Sequence record: OV032902.1
Direction: 5' to 3' (one strand)
DNA: 64,000 nucleotides
The translations under genes and the position numbers were made by a program. The notes under the pieces were generated by a model. The model was not told the DNA's origin and searched no databases. It was given only the letters and a program-made list of their open reading frames with translations. Positions 28,612-37,555 of the stretch are shown one piece after another (position 1 is the first letter of the stretch; the number at the start of each line of letters is the position of its first letter).

Positions 28612-29195
28612 AACGATTCGTACTGACTGGATTCGATAAAACCGCTAAGCTGGACATGCCTTTGTCCAGCGTTCTTAAAACTCGTTCTGTGTATCAGACC
28701 CTCAAGTCAACTGCCTTTATGGGCCATGTTGAAATCAGCATCGATAAGCTTGTCAAGTGGACCACTGCCCAGATGAATGAGTATCCTAAAGATACGCGCC
28801 TCAGTCTGGTTTGTATGTGTCGTTTTCTTGGCGAGTTACCTGACAGTCTAGATGACTTTGCTTTATTGCCCACCGACCAAGCTCGTGCTTTAAGTCGCGT
28901 AAGTAAGAAGCAAGGCGATGCACTGATGTTCACTTTCCAAACGGAATCTGGACGTTGGCGCATGACAGCAGGTGGTGCTGCTTGGGGAATGTATGAATCA
29001 GAAGCCGAAGCACATGATGCTGGCCTAGCTGATTTCAATCGTCGCATCACAGAAGAGTTCTTGCCTGTAGCAGGTGAATCCGCTTCTAAGCAATTGAAAG
29101 AAATCCGTGATTGGGTTATCTATCATCGCATCAACAAGATGGCATGGCAACCACAAGGTGTAAACGTCATCAATCTAACTCGCTCATATGCGTAA
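28602..29195 (+). CDS. Hypothetical protein
   Basis: 197 aa, GGAG RBS. Confidence 0.7.
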   Translation: MQVKRFVLTGFDKTAKLDMPLSSVLKTRSVYQTLKSTAFMGHVEISIDKLVKWTTAQMNEYPKDTRLSLVCMCRFLGELPDSLDDFALLPTDQARALSRVSKKQGDALMFTFQTESGRWRMTAGGAAWGMYESEAEAHDAGLADFNRRITEEFLPVAGESASKQLKEIRDWVIYHRINKMAWQPQGVNVINLTRSYA

Positions 29196-29233
29196 TAACA
29201 AAGGGTCCTTTTGAGGGCCCTTGATTATTATTC
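29196..29233 (+). repeat. Divergent copy of the hairpin element
   Basis: TAACA-AAGGGTCCT-TTTG-AGGGCCCTT-GATTATTATTCA (downstream motif shared with copy 2). Confidence 0.6.
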
Positions 29234-29258
29234 ATCACTAACAAAAGGAAAAAATGTT

Positions 29259-29429
29259 ATGGAAACTATCAACATCTCTGACGTAGAAATTCGCAACACT
29301 GCTTGTACTGTTCGCATCCAAACTGAAATCGATGCTATCCGTTCTGAAGAACTTGAAAACCTTGTAGATGACGCTGACAAGTATGACAGCAACATCAACG
29401 AAATCGACTTCTCTGACTTCGTACTATAA
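29259..29429 (+). CDS. Small acidic protein (56 aa)
   Basis: AAGGA RBS; 15 D/E vs 4 K/R. Confidence 0.7.
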   Translation: METINISDVEIRNTACTVRIQTEIDAIRSEELENLVDDADKYDSNINEIDFSDFVL

Positions 29430-29438
29430 GGAGGTTCT

Positions 29439-30161
29439 ATGTGCTCTAACAATATCGTAGAACGCGCTACATTAATCAAAGCGTTATCTGGTAGTATGGT
29501 TATGCTGGCAACAGGCGGGAAGGTATTCGTTAAGCGCCAAACCATCGAATTCAAATGTCGTCGACATGGCAAGTTCCACACTACACCTAAAGACATCATG
29601 GACCGTGCAAAACAACGTGCGGGCTCAGCATGCAAGAAGTGTAACCATCGTCGTGCAGTAACCAATATCGAGATCGAACAAATCGAAGGCGAGATTGGTG
29701 AAATCCTGAAACGCTCTAAGATGATGCCGCTCACTGTAGAAATACCTACCTTATCTAAGGTATATCAATACAAGTGTAACAAAGGCCACATCACCGAGTG
29801 TCGTGCAAAAGAAATGAAGCATCAGCTAGAGTCCGGTGAGACTGTTATCTGTGCTGAGTGTAAGGCCATACGTCATAATGACTATGAGTCACGTGTTGCT
29901 AACATCAAGAAGTCTATTGATAAGCAACTTGAAAAATACCCTGATGTAAAACTAATCGATGACTACATCCCTGCTCGTAAGAATGCAGTGTTGAAATTCG
30001 AGTGTAAGCATCACGGTAAACTAAGGGTGAAAGTTGCAGACATGCAAGCTAACCCAATTTGTCAACAATGCGCCAAGTTGATTGCGGAGGAAACGATGTC
30101 TCCAATTGAAGCTTGGCTTAAGAATAATTTCTCATGGAGAAGGAAAGGTTATGAGCTCTAA
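29439..30161 (+). CDS. Protein with three CxxH..CxxC zinc-binding repeats
   Basis: CRRHG..CKKC, CNKGH..CAEC, CKHHG..CQQC; GGAGG RBS. Confidence 0.75.
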   Translation: MCSNNIVERATLIKALSGSMVMLATGGKVFVKRQTIEFKCRRHGKFHTTPKDIMDRAKQRAGSACKKCNHRRAVTNIEIEQIEGEIGEILKRSKMMPLTVEIPTLSKVYQYKCNKGHITECRAKEMKHQLESGETVICAECKAIRHNDYESRVANIKKSIDKQLEKYPDVKLIDDYIPARKNAVLKFECKHHGKLRVKVADMQANPICQQCAKLIAEETMSPIEAWLKNNFSWRRKGYEL

Positions 30162-30441
30162 CGTTTATGTAAAGTACACTGGTCGCGTAGTTGAAAACGG
30201 TCAAGCTGTTCCTGTATGGAAAACTCGTCCGTCTGTAAAGGAAGACGTTAAGACTGGCGCTAAGATTCCAGTTCCTGGCGTTCCTCTAATCGCAATGAAT
30301 GGTCCATACGACCGTGAAACTGCGCAGAACTTCCTAGACATGCGCGAGCGCGAAAGCAACGGTTTATCTGTATGGGAAATCGTTGAAGAAGCTGACCTAG
30401 CTAAACACACGGATGTAACTGAAAGCAATATCCGCAAGTAG
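30151..30441 (+). CDS. Hypothetical protein
   Basis: AAGGAAAGG RBS before ATG 30151. Confidence 0.7.
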   Translation: MSSNVYVKYTGRVVENGQAVPVWKTRPSVKEDVKTGAKIPVPGVPLIAMNGPYDRETAQNFLDMRERESNGLSVWEIVEEADLAKHTDVTESNIRK

Positions 30442-30442
30442 A

Positions 30443-30492
30443 AAACTAGATGCCTCACCTTCGGGTGAGGTATCCATGATTTTTATTTTTTC
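30443..30492 (+). terminator. Terminator related to the hairpin element
   Basis: AAACTA-GATGCCTCACC-TTCG-GGTGAGGTATC-CATGATTTTTATTTTT. Confidence 0.7.
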
Positions 30493-30508
30493 TTAAAAGG
30501 AGAAACAC

Positions 30509-31123
30509 ATGAACCATCGTAATAATGAAGTAAAGGAAATAAAAGGCTTCCGAGTCAAAAAGATTCATCTGGTAGGCGACCATGAAAAGATTTCAAAGCG
30601 TTCGTTAGAAAGTACTCCTGCTGGTATGTTCTGTTACAACTTGATTGTTCAATATGCTGAGGAAGGCTTTGAGGAATTCTCTCATAAAGAATGCATTGAG
30701 TTCTACAAAGAACATTATCGTGGTACTTATGGAGACTTCCGTCTACTTAACGTGGCGGCACGCATGGGTCGTCCTGCACGCAGTCTAGATGACTTTGTCT
30801 ATATTCATCGCGGACTATGGGATGTTCTACGTATGGCAGTTAACAAAGGCGACCAACCTTGTTATACGTCATTTAACAAATGGACACAGCGTTATCATAT
30901 CGGACAATCTAGAACCATCGGTGAAGCTCGTTGTTTTGTTAACAAGCACGAGAGTCATGAATATGGCGTTAAATGCGTTACAGATAAAATCCTAGAATAT
31001 GTCGCTACCTGTCCGCATGAACATGCTAATCGTAAACTAAATGAACTTGTAGACCATATGCTACATAAAGTATTGAATGGCGATTACTGGGAAACACTAC
31101 CGACCAGTTTCTACAAGCTGTAA
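30509..31123 (+). CDS. Hypothetical protein
   Basis: AAGGAG RBS, 204 aa. Confidence 0.75.
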   Translation: MNHRNNEVKEIKGFRVKKIHLVGDHEKISKRSLESTPAGMFCYNLIVQYAEEGFEEFSHKECIEFYKEHYRGTYGDFRLLNVAARMGRPARSLDDFVYIHRGLWDVLRMAVNKGDQPCYTSFNKWTQRYHIGQSRTIGEARCFVNKHESHEYGVKCVTDKILEYVATCPHEHANRKLNELVDHMLHKVLNGDYWETLPTSFYKL

Positions 31124-31144
31124 AAAATTAATGGGGTAACTAAT

Positions 31145-31297
31145 ATGATGACCTTACTGTTTATCTGGGGAATTGTCTCAGTTGCGATAGCAGGAGTTGT
31201 TCTGGCTAATCTCAGAATACGAGTATCAAAAGTGAAGACTAAGCAACCCGTCAAACGTAAGGTTAGTCATCGCAAACGAATTAGCATCAAAGTATAG
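31145..31297 (+). CDS. Small membrane protein (50 aa, absent from the ORF track)
   Basis: GGGG RBS; MMTLLFIWGIVSVAIAGVVLANLRIRVSKVKTKQPVKRKVSHRKRISIKV, TM + basic tail. Confidence 0.6.
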   Translation: MMTLLFIWGIVSVAIAGVVLANLRIRVSKVKTKQPVKRKVSHRKRISIKV

Positions 31298-31311
31298 CAA
31301 GGAGCTAAGAA

Positions 31312-31584
31312 ATGATTGATGTGTTTGTAATTACCCTTTCTGTTTTAGTAGGCATCGTACTCGGGTGGTACGTCAGACCTGCTAGAAAGGAACGAGATGA
31401 AGACATGGAGATTCTAGATTCTCTTCTCATCTCGTATCTATGGACTATGCGTTCTAAGTATGGTTGTGCCTACAGTATACTAAAGGCACTCAACGAAGAC
31501 GCCTATGGTCTTTCACCCGACAATCGTAAACGTTTACAGTTGCTGATAGCAAAGCTTGATGCAACAAAATCAAATCACCTCTAG
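31312..31584 (+). CDS. Hypothetical protein, N-terminal TM
   Basis: AAGGAG RBS; TM VFVITLSVLVGIVLGWYV. Confidence 0.7.
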   Translation: MIDVFVITLSVLVGIVLGWYVRPARKERDEDMEILDSLLISYLWTMRSKYGCAYSILKALNEDAYGLSPDNRKRLQLLIAKLDATKSNHL

Positions 31585-31593
31585 GAGACTATC

Positions 31594-31974
31594 ATGTCTA
31601 TTACATCAGCACAAGTGCTACTAGCAATTCTTACCGTCGTTATCCTTGGCCTTCTTTACGTACTAAAGAAAGTACGCAGTGAAAAGAGCGACAAAGAGAA
31701 TGTTTTGAAAACTACCAAAGCAGACCTTCAACGTGCGTTCAGCCGAAACGATGAGCTAGTCACGAAGAACCACGCTCTCGACGAAGCCAATCAAACGCTT
31801 CAATATCAAGTAGAACAACTTGAAGCAAAACTTGAAGAGTTGCGAAATCACGATCAAGATTTGTCTGACTATGCACACAAGTCAAAGATCGAAACTGCGG
31901 CCGCCAAGATTCAGCGCGCCCACGGTGCTAAAGCTCGTGACATCTTTAAGAAGCTCTTCCCAGAGTTCTTTTAG
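31594..31974 (+). CDS. Hypothetical protein, N-terminal TM + long coiled coil
   Basis: AGGAG RBS; TM then heptad region. Confidence 0.75.
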   Translation: MSITSAQVLLAILTVVILGLLYVLKKVRSEKSDKENVLKTTKADLQRAFSRNDELVTKNHALDEANQTLQYQVEQLEAKLEELRNHDQDLSDYAHKSKIETAAAKIQRAHGAKARDIFKKLFPEFF

Positions 31975-31981
31975 CATTAAG

Positions 31982-32035
31982 CCTACTAGCCTTCGGGCTA
32001 GTAGGTTATTCTCTTTTCTTTTTTTTTCTTTTTAT
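31982..32035 (+). terminator. Terminator
   Basis: CCTACTAGCC-TTCG-GGCTAGTAGG then TTATT and a T tract. Confidence 0.85.
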
Positions 32036-32088
32036 TAGCATGGCAAATCATATGCATGCAAAGCAAACCTTTTCCTAGGAGAAACAAA

Positions 32089-32523
32089 ATGCCTAATATC
32101 GATTACACCAAGTCAATCACATTCAAAGTGAACGGTGATGACTGGATCAAACTCGCAGTACGCGAAGGCGAAGAACCAAGTCCTGCATGGGACGTACTAA
32201 TCGGCAATGGACGTACAGCCACTGTTAAGATTGGTAAAGTAAAAGATGTAGATGATGTGGAAATCACACTATCATCTATTCAGCAAGTTATTGTTAATGG
32301 TCACGCTGTTGTCATCGCTAAGATGGACGGAGTCGTGGGTAATACCGTTGACCCTATCTTTGTACTGAAGAAAATCAATGTCTCTGGCGTTAATGCTTTC
32401 GAAGTAGTCTACACTGAGCTAACAACAGCCGGTGCTAAAATCTCTTTCTATCCTTACTTGGAAGAAGAAGGTTACGGTGACTACAACGGCATCATCCGTG
32501 CCATGTTGGAAAACAATATCTAA
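32089..32523 (+). CDS. Hypothetical protein (possibly virion)
   Basis: AGGAG RBS before ATG 32089; TATG at 32051 (phiKZ late-promoter-like). Confidence 0.7.
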   Translation: MPNIDYTKSITFKVNGDDWIKLAVREGEEPSPAWDVLIGNGRTATVKIGKVKDVDDVEITLSSIQQVIVNGHAVVIAKMDGVVGNTVDPIFVLKKINVSGVNAFEVVYTELTTAGAKISFYPYLEEEGYGDYNGIIRAMLENNI

Positions 32524-33656
32524 TGAGTCTACTTAACGACGAACTCTTTGGCGAGGATTTAGGCTATCGCTATCAAGAGATGTCGAAAGAAGAAGCCTAC
32601 GAATATTCTAAAATTGATATGTTGCCAGATATTGGCGAGTATCTATTCCCTAATGACCTGATGGCTAACCTGCAACGAGACTTTGTTGAACTGGAAGCCC
32701 TAGGTCGTCTAGAGCGCGAGTGTACTGTCTTCGACAATGCCATGGCAAGTAACCCATCGCAAGAAGCTATGGAAGTTCACTTTGCTCGCATCCAAGGTGC
32801 TTTCGATCACCACGAAGTAGACCTTGCTGGCAAACCTAAAGTTGGCATGGGTAAAGCATTACGCAATGCAGCAACTAAAATCTTTAGACGCATCATGAAG
32901 TTTCTTACCGACACATTTAAGCGCGCTAAGAAAGCAGTAACTTCACGTCTGCCTGGCGCAAGAAAGATTGAAGAGCTAGCAAATGAAATCAACGAGTATA
33001 ATGACGGCGCAGAGTTTAAACTACACTCTAATTTCCAAATCTTTCTTGTTGATGCTGGTCGTGAAATGGTTCGTGAATCACAAATCATTAAAACTATCCA
33101 AGATGTAGAACAAGTTGTTCGCATGCTGGACACAGTAGAGACAGAAGACCTTAAAGAAGTGTTCATGTCTTTAGCGTCAGGCAAAGAACTAAACAACATG
33201 TTCCCATCAGTCGTTCAAACCGATAACCGCATGGCTCTTAAGACATACAACATGGGTCTACATAAAGACTCTGTTCATTTCTACACGGCGACGTTCGATA
33301 CCGTTAATCTAAGCGGTAACACTACACGTCAACTTGTAAATCTTAAGCGTCCTCTAGGTACGGAAGATGTATTTGCACGTGAGACTGTTAAAGAACTGAC
33401 TCGTGCTTGTACTGAAAGCATGGAGCGTTTAGAGAAGCTTGACCTTGACCGTCTAGGTAAGAAGATTGCTAAAGCTCAAACGAAACGCTTTGATGCAATC
33501 CCTGAAGGTGAACTTACTGAAAACACACCTATCGTTCGTGCTGTAACATCTTACTTGATGTCGGCAGTTAACTATCAAATGACTCTTGCCGACCACGGCA
33601 TGAAGTTGGCGAGTGTAAACCTCACTCAAGCGCGCAAAAAAGTAAAGGCAGATTAA
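32523..33656 (+). CDS. phiKZ-like internal head (ejection) protein paralogue
   Basis: Acidic N-terminal propeptide with S/A-x-E sites, then amphipathic basic helix KIFRRIMKFLTDTFKR typical of the family. Confidence 0.5.
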   Translation: MSLLNDELFGEDLGYRYQEMSKEEAYEYSKIDMLPDIGEYLFPNDLMANLQRDFVELEALGRLERECTVFDNAMASNPSQEAMEVHFARIQGAFDHHEVDLAGKPKVGMGKALRNAATKIFRRIMKFLTDTFKRAKKAVTSRLPGARKIEELANEINEYNDGAEFKLHSNFQIFLVDAGREMVRESQIIKTIQDVEQVVRMLDTVETEDLKEVFMSLASGKELNNMFPSVVQTDNRMALKTYNMGLHKDSVHFYTATFDTVNLSGNTTRQLVNLKRPLGTEDVFARETVKELTRACTESMERLEKLDLDRLGKKIAKAQTKRFDAIPEGELTENTPIVRAVTSYLMSAVNYQMTLADHGMKLASVNLTQARKKVKAD

Positions 33657-33657
33657 A

Positions 33658-34749
33658 ATGAACACTAATCTAGACGCGGAAAGTTTTTCGTTTGAAAATC
33701 TTTTCGATACAAAACAAACTGAAGCACCTGCGCCTGTTCTTAAGCAAGACACTCATACTGAAGGTTTCCATCATCCAGAAGAGTTTGAGCTTGAGATGTT
33801 GTTTAACCAACTCAATAAACTGGCAATCGCAGAAAAAGAAATCCTTGCTTCTGAGCAAGAGCTAGATGAAGAAGGCATGGCAGTACTTAATGCTCGTCTA
33901 TCTGTTATCTTTAGCGAAGAAGTTGTTCTTAAAGCTGAAGGCAAGAAAGGTCTTTTGGCTCGTGCTAAAGGCACGGCAAGTAAGATTATTTCTCGCATCA
34001 TTGAAACACTTAAGAAGTGGATGAGCAAGATCTTTGGCAAAGGCTCTAAGGTTGAAAAGAAAACTAAAGAGATCGAAACAAAGAATCAAGCATCTGAATC
34101 AGAAACGTACTTTGCTAGCGCCATGAGTGTTAAAGCACCTACGCTTACTGAGTTAGGTGGGAAGCATCTCACTCTTCAATCTATGGGCAAGGTTGTAGAA
34201 GAAGGCGCACGCCTCAGCAATAACATCACACGTGAACTAGTCAGTCGCGTGAGTGCTGACGTTTCTGACGAAATGGGTCTCAGAGGTATTATTGGGGAAG
34301 TTGCTGGTCTGTACTTCATGGACCATGGATTTGATGAGCGTGGTCTTTTCTGGGCGGCACATACCAAGAATACTGCTGGAGCTGTAGAAAGTAATGGCCC
34401 TGTTAATCCTGCTAGTAGCAGCTCGGTTACTTTCCGTTACGCTGTACACCCGCAAGCCAATAAGCGTGTAGCTATGGAGTTCGGCACAGTTAAGAAGGCG
34501 GATGTAGCTAAACTTAACGAAGGCATTTCTAACTTAATTAAGGCTCTTACTTCTCTTCAAGATGACTTGGACAACGACCTCAAGATCAAGTTGGAAGAAG
34601 TAGCAGAACCACATCACGCAGCATCTGCTTTAGCGCTGATGGCTCAAGGTGTACGTTACTACTACTACACTATCGAAGATATTCAACGTCTACTGGCAAT
34701 GATTATCTCTATCGATACTAACCGCAAAGAAGCTGGTAAAGACGCATAA
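33658..34749 (+). CDS. phiKZ-like internal head (ejection) protein paralogue
   Basis: Acidic N-terminus (SFE, ASE, SEE), AEGKKG..KIISRIIETLKKWMSKIFG helix; same layout as the upstream gene. Confidence 0.55.
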   Translation: MNTNLDAESFSFENLFDTKQTEAPAPVLKQDTHTEGFHHPEEFELEMLFNQLNKLAIAEKEILASEQELDEEGMAVLNARLSVIFSEEVVLKAEGKKGLLARAKGTASKIISRIIETLKKWMSKIFGKGSKVEKKTKEIETKNQASESETYFASAMSVKAPTLTELGGKHLTLQSMGKVVEEGARLSNNITRELVSRVSADVSDEMGLRGIIGEVAGLYFMDHGFDERGLFWAAHTKNTAGAVESNGPVNPASSSSVTFRYAVHPQANKRVAMEFGTVKKADVAKLNEGISNLIKALTSLQDDLDNDLKIKLEEVAEPHHAASALALMAQGVRYYYYTIEDIQRLLAMIISIDTNRKEAGKDA

Positions 34750-34757
34750 TAAGATTA

Positions 34758-34792
34758 ACGTACTGGCCTCCGGGTCAGTACGTATCTTTTTT
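34758..34792 (+). terminator. Terminator
   Basis: ACGTACTGGCC-TCCG-GGTCAGTACGT then ATCTTTTTT. Confidence 0.8.
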
Positions 34793-34840
34793 AACCGCTA
34801 TTTGAAATTTTGTGAACTAACTAACACTAAGGACGTCAAC

Positions 34841-35584
34841 ATGTCGAAACGTTACTTTACACTGAACGCTGACTTTGAATCAAACGGCTTTAACAAACCT
34901 GTATTCTTGCCAAGCGGCGGTGTTGTTTTAGGTGCTAATCATCATGCGCTATTGGAAGGTGCGTTCCAATTACTGGACGAAGACAATAACATCATTGATG
35001 AAGTAGAAGGCTACATCTTCGATAAAGACCGCTACGATAACTGGAACAAGTCCACTCTTGAGTTTCACCAGACTTCTCATGAAGAAGGCATTCCTCCATT
35101 CATGGACGGTTATACCGAAGCGCTTGAAGAAAAGAATTACTTTACTCCTGCTCAAATGGAAACCGCAGTTATCACGATGCTGCAACGTAGCCTAGGTAGA
35201 CTTGAGTCTGCACATCCTAAGAACGATATCCAGATTAACTTGTCTGCTCGTTCTGTTCACTTCGATGCATCGTTTATTGATAACCAAATGCCTCGTCTAA
35301 GTGACCTGCTGTCACATCAGCTTATGGATGTTACGACATTCCGTCTGGCTATGTACAAATGGCATCCGACTCTGAAAGGAATCATTCCTGGACAAACGAA
35401 TCATAATGCAATGGACGACTGTGAATTCATTCGTGAAGAAATGAATGTAATGAAAGAGTTCTTCCAGGGCATTGACACCGAGCGCAAATATCTTGTCGAC
35501 TACAATGCCGACATGAACAAAGATCTTACTTGGAAAGAACTTGGCGAAGCTTTCCTATGTAAGTTAATGTCTTACTTTGTATAG
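34841..35584 (+). CDS. orn: Oligoribonuclease-like DEDDh 3'-5' exonuclease
   Basis: ExoI DFE, H..SG-like segment, SVHFDASFI..QMP.L...LSHQLMDVTTF, ExoIII HNAMDD. Confidence 0.7.
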   Translation: MSKRYFTLNADFESNGFNKPVFLPSGGVVLGANHHALLEGAFQLLDEDNNIIDEVEGYIFDKDRYDNWNKSTLEFHQTSHEEGIPPFMDGYTEALEEKNYFTPAQMETAVITMLQRSLGRLESAHPKNDIQINLSARSVHFDASFIDNQMPRLSDLLSHQLMDVTTFRLAMYKWHPTLKGIIPGQTNHNAMDDCEFIREEMNVMKEFFQGIDTERKYLVDYNADMNKDLTWKELGEAFLCKLMSYFV

Positions 35585-35594
35585 GAGTCCATAC

Positions 35595-36659
35595 ATGGAC
35601 AATAACAAATCTACAAAACTTTTCTATCTTGAGTTCGAACAAGAAAACGGTTTTTCACCTGATGCAATCTGGTCTGCTTTACTACGTGACAAGATTGAGC
35701 AAAAGCTAGGCGTTGAAGTCTTTGATGATGGACGCATGCTTGAGTTCACCGGTGAGAATTGTAAGTTTGCCCGCAAGCTATGGAAACAACTGGCAGTTCG
35801 CGTCCTAGAAGAGTTCGGTCCAGAAGCAACACCAGAAGATGTTGTGGAAGAATTCGACTCTATGTTTGAAACGGTTCGTAAGGAAGAAGGATACAACTCA
35901 ATCCAGATTCCTGGCTTGGCCCCTATTAAAGCTAAGACTCCTAACCAATCCGATTACGTGGCACGTCTGCAAGACTACACGCTTAACTTCGGTTTTGGTC
36001 CAGCTGGTACAGGTAAAACATACCTGGCTATGCTTATGTTGATTGCACGTCTTAAAGCAAAAGAAATCGACGGCATCGTTATCACTCGTCCACCTGTTGA
36101 TGCTGGCGAAGCAATTGGTTTCCTTCCTGGCTCAGAAGCCGAGAAGCTTGACCCTTATCTTCGTCCTTGTCTTGATGTACTTGAAGAAGTATTCGGCGTG
36201 GAAGACGTTAAGAAGATGATCGAAGAAAAGGTTATCCAATGTAACCACTTAGGTTTCTTCCGTGGTCGTACGTTTAAGAACAAAGGCGTTCTACTAGACG
36301 AAGGTCAGAATGCTACTCCAGAAAACTGGCGTATGATTCTTACTCGTTTAGGCGAAGGCTCTTTCATGATTGTTAACGGTGACCCAGAACAGGTTGATAT
36401 CCGTGGCATGGATGGCGTAAGCTATATCGAAGAAGTATTCCACCAGAACGGTCGTTTACCTCTTGATACAGCGGTAAGCTACTTCTCTGATGAAGACTGT
36501 GTACGTCACCCTATCGTTGCTGATCTTCTGACTATGTTCTCTACTCACAAAGACTGGTGGGAAGAGTACAAAGAAGAGCAGAAAGAAAAGCGCGCTAAAG
36601 AAGCCGTAGAAAAAGCTTTAATCAAGTCAGGTGATTTACCACCACTTGATGAAGAGTAA
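35595..36659 (+). CDS. phoH: PhoH family ATPase
   Basis: AKTPNQ, GPAGTGKTYLA, TRP.V.AGE.IGFLPG, PYLRP, FFRGRTF, LDEGQN, TRLGEGS, GDPEQVD, VRHP.V. Confidence 0.95.
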   Translation: MDNNKSTKLFYLEFEQENGFSPDAIWSALLRDKIEQKLGVEVFDDGRMLEFTGENCKFARKLWKQLAVRVLEEFGPEATPEDVVEEFDSMFETVRKEEGYNSIQIPGLAPIKAKTPNQSDYVARLQDYTLNFGFGPAGTGKTYLAMLMLIARLKAKEIDGIVITRPPVDAGEAIGFLPGSEAEKLDPYLRPCLDVLEEVFGVEDVKKMIEEKVIQCNHLGFFRGRTFKNKGVLLDEGQNATPENWRMILTRLGEGSFMIVNGDPEQVDIRGMDGVSYIEEVFHQNGRLPLDTAVSYFSDEDCVRHPIVADLLTMFSTHKDWWEEYKEEQKEKRAKEAVEKALIKSGDLPPLDEE

Positions 36660-36660
36660 T

Positions 36661-36676
36661 TTATCTCTATATTACC
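36661..36676 (+). promoter_or_regulatory. phiKZ-type early promoter (TTATCTCTATATTACC)
   Basis: Identical to 23852-23867. Confidence 0.75.
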
Positions 36677-36712
36677 AAAGTGATCATCCACCCTTAAACT
36701 TTGGAGTATGTC

Positions 36713-37015
36713 ATGTATCAACATGTTTTGAAAGACCTTCTCGACGCCATGAAGATTGCCCCTCGAAAAAGATTCGTACGCATCAAGCGAGATATCGCTA
36801 GTGCTACTTATCCTGACATGGTGTTCGAAAAAGGTTCCTACGGAGTCGAGCTTGAAGGCAATGGCTTAATGCGTCAATGTATCTTGATTGCTTATTCTAA
36901 CAATCCTGATTCTGACCCAATTCCTGAGCTGTGGTTTGTTGAGGTTCCTTTCATTGATTTGGAAACCGCAGACTGTGGTATCAAGGATGCCTTTAAGCGA
37001 GGCTATATCAAATAA
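36713..37015 (+). CDS. Hypothetical protein
   Basis: GGAG RBS before ATG 36713. Confidence 0.7.
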   Translation: MYQHVLKDLLDAMKIAPRKRFVRIKRDIASATYPDMVFEKGSYGVELEGNGLMRQCILIAYSNNPDSDPIPELWFVEVPFIDLETADCGIKDAFKRGYIK

Positions 37016-37024
37016 GGAAACAGT

Positions 37025-37555
37025 ATGGACACATACAATGCTCTCGCCGTGGCGGGCGAGTTCAATGTCCAGAAAATGAGCGATTCGATACATCGTCTCA
37101 TGTACAACGTCTTTTGTTACGACCCAGTGATTGGTAAACCTGGTCACTGGCTCAGAGATAAGAAAGTATGCCTGCCTAACGGCATACATAAGGAAGACTA
37201 CGTACGTCTAACGGACAGACACATCTGTGAATGGGAATGGAATGGAACTAACATGTTCCTCTCTAAAGAAAAGACTTTAGAGATAAGTAACATTTCCCAA
37301 ACTAAATCCAGTGAACAAGCTCTACGGTCACTGATAAACATTATGGGTAAGTACGTCGTTAATGAAGGCGAGGTATTTGCCATCTTGGGGACTAACGAAG
37401 GTGAAGACGGTTTAACACTGGAACTATTCTGGTCAATCAATGGCAAGGTAGATTCTATTCATGTCGTGGGCGATGAGCTTTATCACATGAATCCGTTCTT
37501 AGAAGAACACCTTTGGTTTGATGCGAGGGAAAAGTTATGCTTGACTTCGACATAA
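37025..37555 (+). CDS. Hypothetical protein
   Basis: TAAGGA RBS, 176 aa. Confidence 0.7.
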   Translation: MDTYNALAVAGEFNVQKMSDSIHRLMYNVFCYDPVIGKPGHWLRDKKVCLPNGIHKEDYVRLTDRHICEWEWNGTNMFLSKEKTLEISNISQTKSSEQALRSLINIMGKYVVNEGEVFAILGTNEGEDGLTLELFWSINGKVDSIHVVGDELYHMNPFLEEHLWFDAREKLCLTST

